Counted from the stretch's first letter, positions 18,675 to 31,800 are shown. The stretch: 64,000 nt of DNA from an uncultured Trueperaceae bacterium (GCA_963727505.1 CAVSGP010000004.1:896001-960000), one strand, 5' to 3'. A program made the numbers and translations. Notes: a model not told the origin generated them from the sequence alone.

Positions 18675-19340
18675 ATGACGAAGCAACCGGTCAGAGGACG
18701 CCGCAAGGGGACCAAGACCGCGGTCTCCAAAGCGTCCGCGACGCGCAAGCGCCGCGCTGCCGACGAGCCGGGAACCGTACAGGACCCGCGCCCGGTACTG
18801 CTTCTGGGAGTCGGCAACATCCTCTACGGCGACGAGGGACTCGGCGTGTACGTCGTGCACCGACTTCGCCGCGCTTACAAGATCCCCCCTGCGCTGCGGA
18901 TCATCGACGGAGGCGCGGCCGGCTGGCATCTCGAGCCCTACATCGCCGAGGCCCGGCGCGTCGTCATCGTCGACGCGGTGGCCGGCGAGGCGGGTTCGAT
19001 CTACCGCTTCAGCCATCGCGACATCCCCGCGAGCGTCCAGAAGACCACGCTGATGTCCCATGAACTCGAGGTCGGCGAGCTTCTCAAGGTCATGGATACC
19101 CAGGGCGAGCTCCCCCCCACCCGCATCATCGCCATGGGCGTGACGCCGACCACCTCCGCGCTCGATCACCTGTCGATGGGCCTCTCCCCCGAGGTCGAGA
19201 CGCGCCTTCCGGCGCTGGAGCTGGTGCTCCTGGCGGAGCTCGCCGACGCCGGAGTGCTCTTGGAGCCGCGGAGCCGACCGCTCGCGGAGGCGCAGGCCCC
19301 ATCGGGTGCCCGACGGCCGCGCCGTGGGCAGCATGCATGA
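18675..19340 (+). CDS. Hydrogenase maturation endopeptidase (HyaD/HybD family) with basic N-terminal extension
   Basis: LLGVGNILYGDEGLG, IIDGG, VIVDAV, MSHE. Confidence 0.9.
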   Translation: MTKQPVRGRRKGTKTAVSKASATRKRRAADEPGTVQDPRPVLLLGVGNILYGDEGLGVYVVHRLRRAYKIPPALRIIDGGAAGWHLEPYIAEARRVVIVDAVAGEAGSIYRFSHRDIPASVQKTTLMSHELEVGELLKVMDTQGELPPTRIIAMGVTPTTSALDHLSMGLSPEVETRLPALELVLLAELADAGVLLEPRSRPLAEAQAPSGARRPRRGQHA

Positions 19341-19680
19341 ACTCTCCATCGCCCGCTCCGTCGTAGATCTCGCTGTCCAAGCCGCAAGCGACGATGCCGC
19401 CGAGCGCATCCTGCGGGTCGGCGTTCGCGTCGGCGCCTTCTCCGGGGTCGACGCCGGCGCCCTCGACAGCGCCTTCCAGGTGGCGCGCCTCGGCACCGCG
19501 GCCGAGGCGGCTGCGTTGGAGATCGACACCGTCCCCCTGGTGTGCCACTGCGAAGGGTGCGACGTCGACTTCGACGTCGACGACCGTCACGGCGTCGCGC
19601 GCTGCCCGCGCTGCGGAGTCCCGAGCGGCGATATCCGCAGCGGCATGGAGCTCGAAGTGAGTTTCGTCGAGGTGATGTGA
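19333..19680 (+). CDS. hypA: Hydrogenase nickel chaperone HypA
   Basis: MHELSIA start; CEGC and CPRC zinc site. Confidence 0.95.
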   Translation: MHELSIARSVVDLAVQAASDDAAERILRVGVRVGAFSGVDAGALDSAFQVARLGTAAEAAALEIDTVPLVCHCEGCDVDFDVDDRHGVARCPRCGVPSGDIRSGMELEVSFVEVM

Positions 19681-19681
19681 G

Positions 19682-20404
19682 ATGAGCGACCGACGTACCA
19701 TCGGTATCAGCCTGCTGTCCGATCGCAACGACGAGCGCGGCCGCCTCCTCGAGGTCGAGAAGGGCGTGCTGGCACGCAACCAGGAGATCGCTGCGGAGAA
19801 CCGCGCGCGCTTCGCGAGCGCGGGGCTCAGCGTCCTGAACGTGCTGTCCTCGCCAGGATCGGGCAAGACCACCTTCCTGGCAAGGTTGCTGGGGGACCGC
19901 CACGACCTCCCAGCCGCGGTCATCGTCGGCGATCTCGCCACGGACAACGACGCCGAGCGCCTGCGCGAGGGTGGCGCGGACGTGGTGCAGATCACCACCG
20001 GCGGGGTGTGTCACCTCGAGGCCGCCATGGTCGCGGGCGCGGTCGAGCGGCTCGAGCTCGACGGGAAGCGCCTTCTCATCATCGAGAACGTCGGCAACCT
20101 GGTCTGCCCCGCGGCCTACGACCTCGGGGAGGGCTTCCGGGTGGTGCTGGTCTCGGTCACCGAGGGGGAGGACAAGCCCCTCAAGTACCCGCGCATGTTC
20201 AAGACCGCCGACGTGGTCGTGATCAACAAGATGGACATCGCCGAGGCGGTCGGCTTCGACCGCGACAGCCTGCGCGCCAACCTCGCCGCGGTGTGCCCGC
20301 AGGCGACGGTCTTCGAGGTCTCCGCACGCACCGGTGCCGGCATGCCGGCGTTCTACGCCCATCTCGACGAGCACATCGCAGGTAGGGCCGTGCCCCTTGA
20401 CTAA
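19682..20404 (+). CDS. hypB: Hydrogenase nickel-insertion GTPase HypB
   Basis: SSPGSGKTT, CHLEA, ENVGNLVCPA, EGEDKPLKYP, NKMD. Confidence 0.96.
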   Translation: MSDRRTIGISLLSDRNDERGRLLEVEKGVLARNQEIAAENRARFASAGLSVLNVLSSPGSGKTTFLARLLGDRHDLPAAVIVGDLATDNDAERLREGGADVVQITTGGVCHLEAAMVAGAVERLELDGKRLLIIENVGNLVCPAAYDLGEGFRVVLVSVTEGEDKPLKYPRMFKTADVVVINKMDIAEAVGFDRDSLRANLAAVCPQATVFEVSARTGAGMPAFYAHLDEHIAGRAVPLD

Positions 20405-22703
20405 CACCGTCCTGGGCAGCCAGCGCGTCCGGATCCGGGTGCAGGGCGTGGTGCAGGGCGTGGGCTTCCGACCCTTCGTCTACCTGCTGGCGCACCGTCA
20501 CGGGCTGGCGGGCTGGGTGTTGAACGACGCTCAGGGCGTGCTGATCGAAGCGATCGGAAGCCCGCAGGCGCTGGCAGCGTTCACCGCAGCCCTTCGAGAT
20601 GAGCCGCCGGGCGCGGCACGGGTGGGCAGCGTCAGGACACTGGAGCGCGAGCCGTTCGACGCACCGGGGCCTCCTTCTTTCTTGATCCGCGAGAGCGCCG
20701 AGGGGGGCGCCGTCACCACCCTGATCTCCCCGGACCTGGCGATCTGCGACGCCTGCCTGGAGGAGCTGTTCGACCCCCGCGACCCGCGCTACGGCTACCC
20801 GTACATCAACTGCACGCACTGCGGCCCGCGCTACTCGATCATCGAGGCCCTCCCGTACGATCGCCCGAAGACCACCATGGCGGCCTGGCCGCTGTGCGAG
20901 CGTTGCGCCGAGGAGTACGCCGATCCGGCGAACCGGCGCTTCCACGCGCAGCCCGTGGCCTGTCCTCGTTGCGGCCCAGACTACCGGCTGCTGGACGCCG
21001 ACGGCACGCCCCTCACCGCACGCGACTCGATCCTCCAGGCCGCGCGGCTGCTGGCCGAGGGTGCCATCGTCGCGCTCAAGGGTATCGGTGGCTACCACCT
21101 CGCGTGCGACGCCCGGAACCCGACGAGCGTTGCGGCGCTCCGCCAGCGCAAGGTCCGCAAGGAGAAGCCGTTCGCACTCATGGCCAGAGATCTCGCCTCG
21201 GCCCGCGAAGCGCTGAGCGTCTCGGCGGCCGAGGCCGCCGCGCTGCTGTCCCCGGCCCGCCCCATCGTGCTGCTCGACCGCAGCGGCGCCGGCCTGCCCG
21301 AGGCGTTGGCGCCCGGCAATGCCGATCTCGGGCTCATGCTCCCCTACGCCCCGCTCCACCATCTGCTGTTCGCGGCTGGCGCGCCGGAGTTGCTGGTCAT
21401 GACCAGCGCCAACCGCGCCTCCGAACCGATCGCCTACCGCGACGAGGAGGCGCTCCGGGTGCTGGCCGGTCTGGCGGACGCCTTCCTCGTCGGGGAGCGA
21501 GGCATCGCGCGGCGCGTGGACGACTCCGTGGCGGCGCTGTTGGACGGCCGGATCACCCTGCTCCGGCGTTCCCGCGGCTTCGCCCCCGAGAGCGTCGTCG
21601 ACGACCCGCGCTTCGCCGGGGATCTCCCCATCCTGGCGCTCGGCGCAGGCCTGAAGAACGCCATCACGCTGGCGGTGGCAGGGCATGCCTTCGTCAGCCA
21701 GCACCTGGGGGATCTCGACCAGGTAGGGGCGTTGCTCGCGTTCGAGGAGACGGTGCACGATCTGTGCGCCATGTACGGCGTCGACCCCGCCCGTGCGCAG
21801 GTGGTGGCCGACCTCCACCCAGACTACGGCTCCAGCCGGCTGGCCGGGGGGCTGGGCGGACCCACGATGCGGGTGCAGCACCACCGCGCCCACGTCGCCT
21901 CGGTGCTGGCCGAACGACGCGCCTGGGAATCGGTGGTGGTGGGGGTCGCCTTCGACGGCGCGGGGCTGGGGGAGGACGGCACCGTGTGGGGTGGCGAGGC
22001 GTTCGCGGGCAGCCTGGCGACCGGCCTCGCGCGCGTGGCTCATCTACGTCCCGCGCCGCTGCCCGGCGGGGACGGCGCAGCAAGGCGGCCCGCTCAGGCC
22101 GCGGTCGGTTTCCTGTGGGGGCAACCCGCTAACGTGGCGTGGCGCGAGCTGCTGCCGAGCGAAACGGTGGCGCTCGCCGGTCGCCTGATCGAAACGGGGG
22201 CGCGCACGCCGCAGACGACCAGCGTGGGACGGCTCTTCGACACGGCAGCCGCGTTGCTTGGTTTCGAGCGAGCGATGACCTTCGAAGGGCAAGCGGCGAT
22301 GTTCCTGGAATCGCTGGCGCGAGGCCTCGGGGCATCGGGCAGCGTCGAGGAGGGCTATCCGCTACCGTTCGACCACGGCGTCTGGGACCATCGGCCGCTG
22401 CTGGCGGCGCTGGTGGCCGACGTGCGCCGGGGGGTGGACACGCCGACCTGCGCACGGCGGTTCCATGCCGGCGTCGCGCAGGGAGTGGCCCGTGGCGCCG
22501 CCGACCTGGCCGAGGAGCACGGCACCCGAACGGTGGTGCTGTCGGGAGGGGTGTGGCAGAACCGCTTGCTGCACGCTTCGGCCGTGGCGGGCTTGCGCGC
22601 GCTCGGGCTCGAGGTGTGGTGGAACCACAAGGTGCCGCCTGGCGACGGCGGCATCTCCCTGGGGCAGGCGGCGTTGGCCGCCGCATCCCGACCGATTTCT
22701 TGA
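20397..22703 (+). CDS. hypF: Carbamoyltransferase HypF
   Basis: GVVQGVGFRPF acylphosphatase domain, two zinc fingers, KGIGGYHLAC, QHHRAH, PPGDGGISLGQ; TTG start inferred. Confidence 0.96.
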   Translation: MTNTVLGSQRVRIRVQGVVQGVGFRPFVYLLAHRHGLAGWVLNDAQGVLIEAIGSPQALAAFTAALRDEPPGAARVGSVRTLEREPFDAPGPPSFLIRESAEGGAVTTLISPDLAICDACLEELFDPRDPRYGYPYINCTHCGPRYSIIEALPYDRPKTTMAAWPLCERCAEEYADPANRRFHAQPVACPRCGPDYRLLDADGTPLTARDSILQAARLLAEGAIVALKGIGGYHLACDARNPTSVAALRQRKVRKEKPFALMARDLASAREALSVSAAEAAALLSPARPIVLLDRSGAGLPEALAPGNADLGLMLPYAPLHHLLFAAGAPELLVMTSANRASEPIAYRDEEALRVLAGLADAFLVGERGIARRVDDSVAALLDGRITLLRRSRGFAPESVVDDPRFAGDLPILALGAGLKNAITLAVAGHAFVSQHLGDLDQVGALLAFEETVHDLCAMYGVDPARAQVVADLHPDYGSSRLAGGLGGPTMRVQHHRAHVASVLAERRAWESVVVGVAFDGAGLGEDGTVWGGEAFAGSLATGLARVAHLRPAPLPGGDGAARRPAQAAVGFLWGQPANVAWRELLPSETVALAGRLIETGARTPQTTSVGRLFDTAAALLGFERAMTFEGQAAMFLESLARGLGASGSVEEGYPLPFDHGVWDHRPLLAALVADVRRGVDTPTCARRFHAGVAQGVARGAADLAEEHGTRTVVLSGGVWQNRLLHASAVAGLRALGLEVWWNHKVPPGDGGISLGQAALAAASRPIS

Positions 22704-22715
22704 AGGAGACGGACC

Positions 22716-22991
22716 ATGTGCCTTGGCATCCCCTATGAGGTCCTGGAAGTGCTCGATCGCGACAGCTGCCACGTGCGAGTGGGGACCGGCGCGCAACCGT
22801 GCTTCACCGGCCTCGTCGACCCGGTGGCGCCAGGCGACTGGGTGCTGGTCCACGCCGGCTTCGCGCTCCGGCGCATCGAGCCCGAGGACGCGCGCGCCAA
22901 CCTGGACTTGATCCGGCGGGCGCTTGCGGCCCCGGAAGCGGCCACCCGCGCAAGCCCGGAGAGCGACGCACCGCGGCAGGACGAACCGTGA
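22716..22991 (+). CDS. hypC: Hydrogenase assembly chaperone HypC
   Basis: MCLGIP N-terminus; GDWVLVHAGFAL. Confidence 0.95.
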   Translation: MCLGIPYEVLEVLDRDSCHVRVGTGAQPCFTGLVDPVAPGDWVLVHAGFALRRIEPEDARANLDLIRRALAAPEAATRASPESDAPRQDEP

Positions 22992-24223
22992 CCGTTCCGC
23001 GTGGAGCGGGTTCCGCGCCTGCCAGTGGAGGGGCCGAATTCCGTCCCGGCGACTACCGCGATGCCGCCTGGGTCCACGCCCTGGCTCGCCGCATCGCCGA
23101 CGTCGCGGCCGAGCTCGACCGGCCGGTCAAGCTGATGCACATCTGCGGCACCCACGAGCACGAGATCGGCCGCTACGGCCTGCGCGACCTGCTCCCGGAC
23201 TCGGTCGAGGTACTGGCCGGTCCAGGCTGCCCGGTGTGCGTGTGCGACAGTGCCTGGATCGATCTGGCCATCGCCCTGGCCGCGATCGACGACGTCATCG
23301 TCACCTCCTTCGGCGACATGCTGGCCGTTCCCGGAACCATCCCCCTGCGCGGGGAGGCCAAAGGCGACGTACGCATGAGCCTGCTCGACGCTCGCGCCCG
23401 CGGTGGCGACGTCCGTGCGGTCACCAGTGTCTTCGAAGCTGCCCGGCTGGCTGCCGAACACCAGGAGCGGCAGGTCGTGTTCTTCTCGGTCGGTTTCGAG
23501 ACCACCGTCGTCGCGACGGCCGCACTGCTGCGCCGGGGCGCCCCACCCAACTTCAGCATCGTGGAGGCCAACTATTTCACCCCGCCCGCCACCCACCTGC
23601 TGCCGACCCTGCCCGGGTTCGACGTCCAAGGCTTCCTCCTCCCGGGACACGCCAGCGCGATCACCGGCACCGGCGTCTACCGCCACCTGCCCGAGCAAGG
23701 GCTGGCGTGCGCGGTCGCCGGCTTCGAGCCGGTCGATGTCCTGGCGGCCGTCCTGGAGCTGCTGGAGCAGCTCGCGCGGGGCCGCCCGCGGCTCGCCAAC
23801 AGCTACCAGAGAGTGGTGGCGCCCGAGGGGAACCCGCGGGCGCTGGCAGAGCTCGATCAGGTCTTCGAGCCGACCACGATGCGCTGGCGCGGCGTCGCCG
23901 ACATCCCAGCGTCCGGTTACCGGCTTCGCCCCGCCTACCGGCAGGCCAGCGCGCAGCTGCGCTTCCCCGCTGCCGCTGCCGTGACGGGGAACGAGCGCGC
24001 CTCCGAGCACCCTGCGGGTTGCCGCTGCGCCGACGTCACCCTGGGGCTGGCCCGCCCCGACGCTTGCGCCCTCTTCGGGCGCCGCTGCTCGCCCGACAAT
24101 CCGTACGGACCCTGCATGGTCAGCCATGAGGGCACCTGCCGCGCCTGGCACCTCTACGGCACCGCGCGCGGCCGCCTGCAGGTCGAGACCGCCGGAGGGA
24201 GCGCCGCCCGTGGGCCGCTATGA
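22988..24223 (+). CDS. hypD: Hydrogenase maturation protein HypD
   Basis: MHICGTHE, GPGCPVC, GFETT, PGH, GPCMVSHEGTC. Confidence 0.95.
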   Translation: MTVPRGAGSAPASGGAEFRPGDYRDAAWVHALARRIADVAAELDRPVKLMHICGTHEHEIGRYGLRDLLPDSVEVLAGPGCPVCVCDSAWIDLAIALAAIDDVIVTSFGDMLAVPGTIPLRGEAKGDVRMSLLDARARGGDVRAVTSVFEAARLAAEHQERQVVFFSVGFETTVVATAALLRRGAPPNFSIVEANYFTPPATHLLPTLPGFDVQGFLLPGHASAITGTGVYRHLPEQGLACAVAGFEPVDVLAAVLELLEQLARGRPRLANSYQRVVAPEGNPRALAELDQVFEPTTMRWRGVADIPASGYRLRPAYRQASAQLRFPAAAAVTGNERASEHPAGCRCADVTLGLARPDACALFGRRCSPDNPYGPCMVSHEGTCRAWHLYGTARGRLQVETAGGSAARGPL

Positions 24224-25223
24224 GTCGATCCGGCTGGCGCACGGAAGTGGCGGTCGCCTCACCGCCGAACTGATCCGCGAGGTCTTCGCCGCCACCTTCG
24301 ACAACGTACCGCTGGCCGCACTCACCGACGCGGCGGTGCTCGACAACCCCGGCGGACGGCTAGCGTTCGCCAGCGACTCGCACGCCGTGAAGCCCTGGCG
24401 CTTCCCTGGCGGGGACATCGGCCGCCTGGCCGTCGCGGGCACCGTCAACGATCTGGCCGTGATGGCGGCCGTTCCGCGCTATCTGTCGGCCGCTTTCATC
24501 CTCGAGGAGGGCTTCCTGGTCGACGATCTCGTGAGCGTGGTGCGTTCCATGAAGCGGACGGCGGATGAGGCCGGGGTCGAAGTGGTGACGGGCGACACCA
24601 AGGTGGTGGAGCGGGGCAAGGGGGACGGCATCTTCATCAACACCACCGGGATCGGCTTCCTCCCACCGGGGCGGGACGTGGGCCCACACCGCCTCACGGC
24701 CGGCGACGCACTGCTCGTGAACGGCACCCTCGGCGACCACGGGCTGGCGGTGCTGGCGGCGCGTGAGGAGCTCGCGTTGGGGACGACGCTCGAGAGCGAC
24801 GTCGCGCCGCTCGGCGGCCTGATCGCAGCGCTGCTGGCGGCGGCCCCAGACGTGCACTTCATGCGTGACCCCACGCGCGGCGGGCTGGCGGCGGTGGCCA
24901 ACGAGATGGTCGCCTCCCGTCCCTTCGGCGTCCGCGTGTGGGACGCGAGAGTGCCCCTGAACCACGACGTGGCCGAGCTGAGCGAGATGCTGGGGATCGA
25001 TCCGCTGCTGGCCGCCAACGAGGGCAAGGTCGTCGTCGCCCTGCCCGCGGACCAGGCAGACGCGGCCCTCGCCGCCCTGCGCGCTCACCCCCTGGGCCGG
25101 AACGCCGCCCTCATCGGCGACCTGGTGCTTCAGCCCGCCGGCATGGCGCTGGTCGAGACGGCCTACGGCAGCCGCAGGGTCCTCGAGATGCCGGTCGAAG
25201 AGCAGCTTCCGAGGATCTGTTGA
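24210..25223 (+). CDS. hypE: Carbamoyl dehydratase HypE
   Basis: AHGSGG, FPGGDIG, GDTKVV, RDPTRGG, C-terminal LPRIC. Confidence 0.96.
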   Translation: MGRYESIRLAHGSGGRLTAELIREVFAATFDNVPLAALTDAAVLDNPGGRLAFASDSHAVKPWRFPGGDIGRLAVAGTVNDLAVMAAVPRYLSAAFILEEGFLVDDLVSVVRSMKRTADEAGVEVVTGDTKVVERGKGDGIFINTTGIGFLPPGRDVGPHRLTAGDALLVNGTLGDHGLAVLAAREELALGTTLESDVAPLGGLIAALLAAAPDVHFMRDPTRGGLAAVANEMVASRPFGVRVWDARVPLNHDVAELSEMLGIDPLLAANEGKVVVALPADQADAALAALRAHPLGRNAALIGDLVLQPAGMALVETAYGSRRVLEMPVEEQLPRIC

Positions 25224-25347
25224 CCGCCCGACGGCGTCCGAACGCGGCTTTCACCCCGTGCAGGCGGGCGTTCCCTGCTAGAGTGAATAGGATGAAGCGA
25301 GCCGGTCGCGCTTCGCGACCAGGCCGTCGGTGAACCGGAGGTAGCGC

Positions 25348-26199
25348 ATGCGTATTCTGCACCCCACCGACTTCTCGTCCACGGCCGAGAAGGCCCTTGC
25401 CTTGGCTCGTGACCTTCGGCAGCGCCTCGACGGTGAGCTCCACCTGGTGCACGTGCAACAGCGCTTCGAATCGGCGCGCTCCCATCCCTACCTGCAACCG
25501 CAACTCGACAACCTCAACCCCGAGCTGACGCGCCGGGTCGAGCAGGACCGCAAGGACGAGGTCGATCGCCTTCGCAACTCGTTGGAGCACCTCGCCTCTC
25601 CCGACGCCACCGCGGAGTTGCGCTGGGGCGATCCGGTGCGGGAGCTGCTCGATGCCGAGAAGAACGTCGATCTCGTCGTCATGGGAGCCCACGGCGCCAA
25701 CCGCCTCGACAACTACTTCCTGGGTGGCATCGCCGGACGGCTGGTGCGGCGTTCCACGGGCCCCATCATCACCGTCCGTGACGAGGTCCCCTCCCTACAG
25801 GTCCGGCGCGTCCTGGTGGCCACCGACTTCGGCGACGCCTCCCGAGCCGCCTGGGAGTTCTGCCGGCGTCTGGGCCGCAGCGGCATCAAGCTCGTCATCG
25901 CCCACGTGCTCGACGATGCCCGGGTGCGCGACAAACCCGACTACATGAACACCGTGACCGACGCCCTCGATGCGCTCGCGGGCGATGTCGCCGAGCGGCA
26001 TCTCGTGCTCGACGGCAACCCGGCTCGCAAGCTCCCCGCGGCTGCAGATGAGGTCGGTGCCGATCTCATCGCCATCGGCCTACGGCGCCATTCGAGCGCC
26101 ATCGGGCTGCTCCTGGGCAGCCGCGCCGACATGCTCATCCGCAGCAGCGCGGTGCCGGTGCTGAGCGTGCCCCACGAGCACGGTAACGGACGCCCCTAG
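25348..26199 (+). CDS. Tandem-domain universal stress protein
   Basis: MRILHPTDFS and second domain RRVLVATDF; GGAGG RBS. Confidence 0.92.
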   Translation: MRILHPTDFSSTAEKALALARDLRQRLDGELHLVHVQQRFESARSHPYLQPQLDNLNPELTRRVEQDRKDEVDRLRNSLEHLASPDATAELRWGDPVRELLDAEKNVDLVVMGAHGANRLDNYFLGGIAGRLVRRSTGPIITVRDEVPSLQVRRVLVATDFGDASRAAWEFCRRLGRSGIKLVIAHVLDDARVRDKPDYMNTVTDALDALAGDVAERHLVLDGNPARKLPAAADEVGADLIAIGLRRHSSAIGLLLGSRADMLIRSSAVPVLSVPHEHGNGRP

Positions 26200-26341
26200 G
26201 CGAGAACGGCGGCCGAGCGGAGCCTCACGTGGCCGCCGTCCCACCAGGGACGCTAGCGGTCGCCGCAGCGCTCGTCATCGGGGGCTGTCCGACATGGGTT
26301 GTACGGGTTTCTTGGACGAACCGTGTGCGCCAACTCCAGGC

Positions 26342-26629
26342 TCAGACCTCGGGGATGCCGAAGCGGGGCGCCTCCTCGACGTGCACCGCGCCGTCCTCCA
26401 CGCGCACGTAGCGGAACTGCTCCAGCTCTTGCAGCGCCGCTTCGACGCTCGCCGGTGCGTCCCGACAGTGCCGCGCGATGTCCCTCACGCGACAACCGTT
26501 TCCCAGCAACGTCACCGACCCGAACACCCCTTTGGCCGCCAGGCTCAGCCGTTCGTCGTCGATGACGATGTCGCTGGACCGCATCCTGGGTCGCGCATCG
26601 GCCTTGCCCTCGAGGGGGGTCCTGGTCAT
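26342..26629 (-). CDS. Small winged-HTH-like hypothetical protein
   Basis: D.RLSLAAKGV...IARHC....V.AAL.ELE...YV pattern typical of HTH domains of replication-type proteins. Confidence 0.5.
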   Translation of the reverse strand: MTRTPLEGKADARPRMRSSDIVIDDERLSLAAKGVFGSVTLLGNGCRVRDIARHCRDAPASVEAALQELEQFRYVRVEDGAVHVEEAPRFGIPEV

Positions 26630-26716
26630 AGAGGCCACGCTACCGGGCGCCGACCATGAAGGCAATGAACAAATCGTCACGACGCGCGGCACCGACGGCC
26701 CCGAGCGGTTCCTCGC

Positions 26717-28363
<1,647 letters not shown>

Positions 28364-28459
28364 GAGGACCTCCTTCCGAGCGACACGCCCACCTTACACC
28401 CCGGCCCGTGCGCGCTTCCGGGGCCCGGGGACCGGCTCCGGGTCGCGTGCGGTGCCTCG

Positions 28460-28468
28460 TGGTACACT
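28460..28468 (+). promoter_or_regulatory. Extended -10 candidate (TGGTACACT) for hppA
   Basis: TGnTAnnnT ~95 bp upstream of ATG 28564. Confidence 0.45.
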
Positions 28469-28563
28469 TTCGCTTGCGTTTCGAACCGGAGAAGGATCCG
28501 TGTCACGGCACGTTGAATCGTGGCCCGATCCCTGCGGAACCACGACTTGACCCTGGAGGCAAG

Positions 28564-30669
<2,106 letters not shown>

Positions 30670-30925
30670 CGCAGCGGCCCGTACGGGCCTCGACGCACGT
30701 TCTTCCCGCGGGGTGGCGCACGGCGCCGCCCCGCGGCTCGCTTGCGCGTCAACGCGCGACGCCACCCTCGCGCCGTTCGGGCCCGTGTTGTCGAAGGGAA
30801 GGTCGTTCTTTGAGGGGGCGCCCGTCGCCTCGTGCGGCCCAACTTTCCAATTATAGCGCAAGCCCGGTCCGCGCACTAGGACCCGGGACCCCGAGTGGTC
30901 TGCCGGACCGGACTATCATCGCATT

Positions 30926-31235
30926 GGAAGGAGGTCTAAACCATAGAGGCCAAAGACCACTTCTCGAAGAGCAACCCTCGGCCCACTAGAGGCTCGACCG
31001 AGTAACTCCTCAAGCGGAGGAGCACCGACAGAGCAGGAATAGGCGATCGAGGGTTGCTCTCATGTGAACTCCGCTGCAGCCTGCGGCCCCACCCAGGATG
31101 GGTGCGGGCCTTTCGCATGCCGCAAGGCCCCACCCGAGCCCGTCCGGTACGGCTAGACCGGAACCTTCGAAACGCCCGTGCTGAATCGCGATGGGCAGAT
31201 CGCGAACCCACGAACAAAGCCCCCTTGGCTGACGC
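30926..31235 (+). ncRNA. Candidate structured ncRNA, Ms1-RNA-like (3' end at either ~31113 or ~31235)
   Basis: TATCAT -10 at 30914-30919; perfect 13-bp stem 30968-30980/31048-31060; blocks GAGGCCAAAGACC, GAGCACCGACAGAGCA, GGAATAGGC resemble Ms1 as I recall it; no credible ORF. Confidence 0.5.
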
Positions 31236-31480
31236 CGGCCTCGTGGACAGCGCCTTTGGGGGCTTGATGCGAGGAGCCGGCGCCGTTGCGACGGCGGCTC
31301 CTCGATCCGATGTCCTTGTACCACTTCCGGGGCAACGCTCGATCGCCGTTCGTTGCGCGATCACCCTTCGTCGGCGCGGACCGAACGGCGCCATGGACAT
31401 TCGTCCTTGCCGGGTCGCATCGCCCCCTGTTACAACTCCGATGTGAGGGTCCGACATCCCCGGTCGCGACCCCTCGGAAC

Positions 31481-31489
31481 TGCTACGCT
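31481..31489 (+). promoter_or_regulatory. Extended -10 candidate (TGCTACGCT) for the ferredoxin gene
   Basis: TGnTAnnnT ~75 bp upstream of ATG 31564. Confidence 0.4.
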
Positions 31490-31563
31490 GGAGTCAGGCA
31501 CACCGTCTGGCACACCGCGCGAAAGGCGGCGCGCGCTTCGGTGCGGCCCGGAGAGGAAGCTCG

Positions 31564-31800
31564 ATGGCATACGTGATCGCTGAGCCCTGCATTGGCGTCA
31601 AGGACGCGTCCTGCGTGGACGTCTGCCCTGTGGAATGCATCTACGAAGCCGAAGACCAGTTCTACATCCATCCAGAGGAGTGCATCGACTGCGGTGCCTG
31701 CGTCCCCGCCTGCCCGGTCGACGCGATCTTCCCCGAGATCGACGTGCCCGATGAGTGGGCGTCGTTCACCGAGAAGAACGCCAAGCTCTCCGGCCTGTAA
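31564..31800 (+). CDS. 7Fe ([3Fe-4S]+[4Fe-4S]) ferredoxin
   Basis: EPCIGVKDASCVDVCPVECI and CIDCGACVPACP; Thermus-type. Confidence 0.95.
   Translation: MAYVIAEPCIGVKDASCVDVCPVECIYEAEDQFYIHPEECIDCGACVPACPVDAIFPEIDVPDEWASFTEKNAKLSGL

Noticed and set aside
30850..30855. Minus-strand TATAAT pointing into the hppA 3' end (antisense promoter)
   Set aside because: No -35 or extended -10 and no downstream feature; a lone hexamer is insufficient evidence
30928..31005. Strong AAGGAGGT followed by an ATA-initiated 20-codon frame (IEAKDHFSKSNPRPTRGSTE)
   Set aside because: Non-standard start and it lies inside the structured element; the ncRNA reading explains the region better, though a dual-function RNA is not excluded
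30926..31113. Identification as 6S RNA, SRP RNA or tmRNA
   Set aside because: No symmetric central bubble with a 6S-type closing stem, no SRP domain IV motif in a hairpin, and no tRNA-like ends or tag peptide ending in AA
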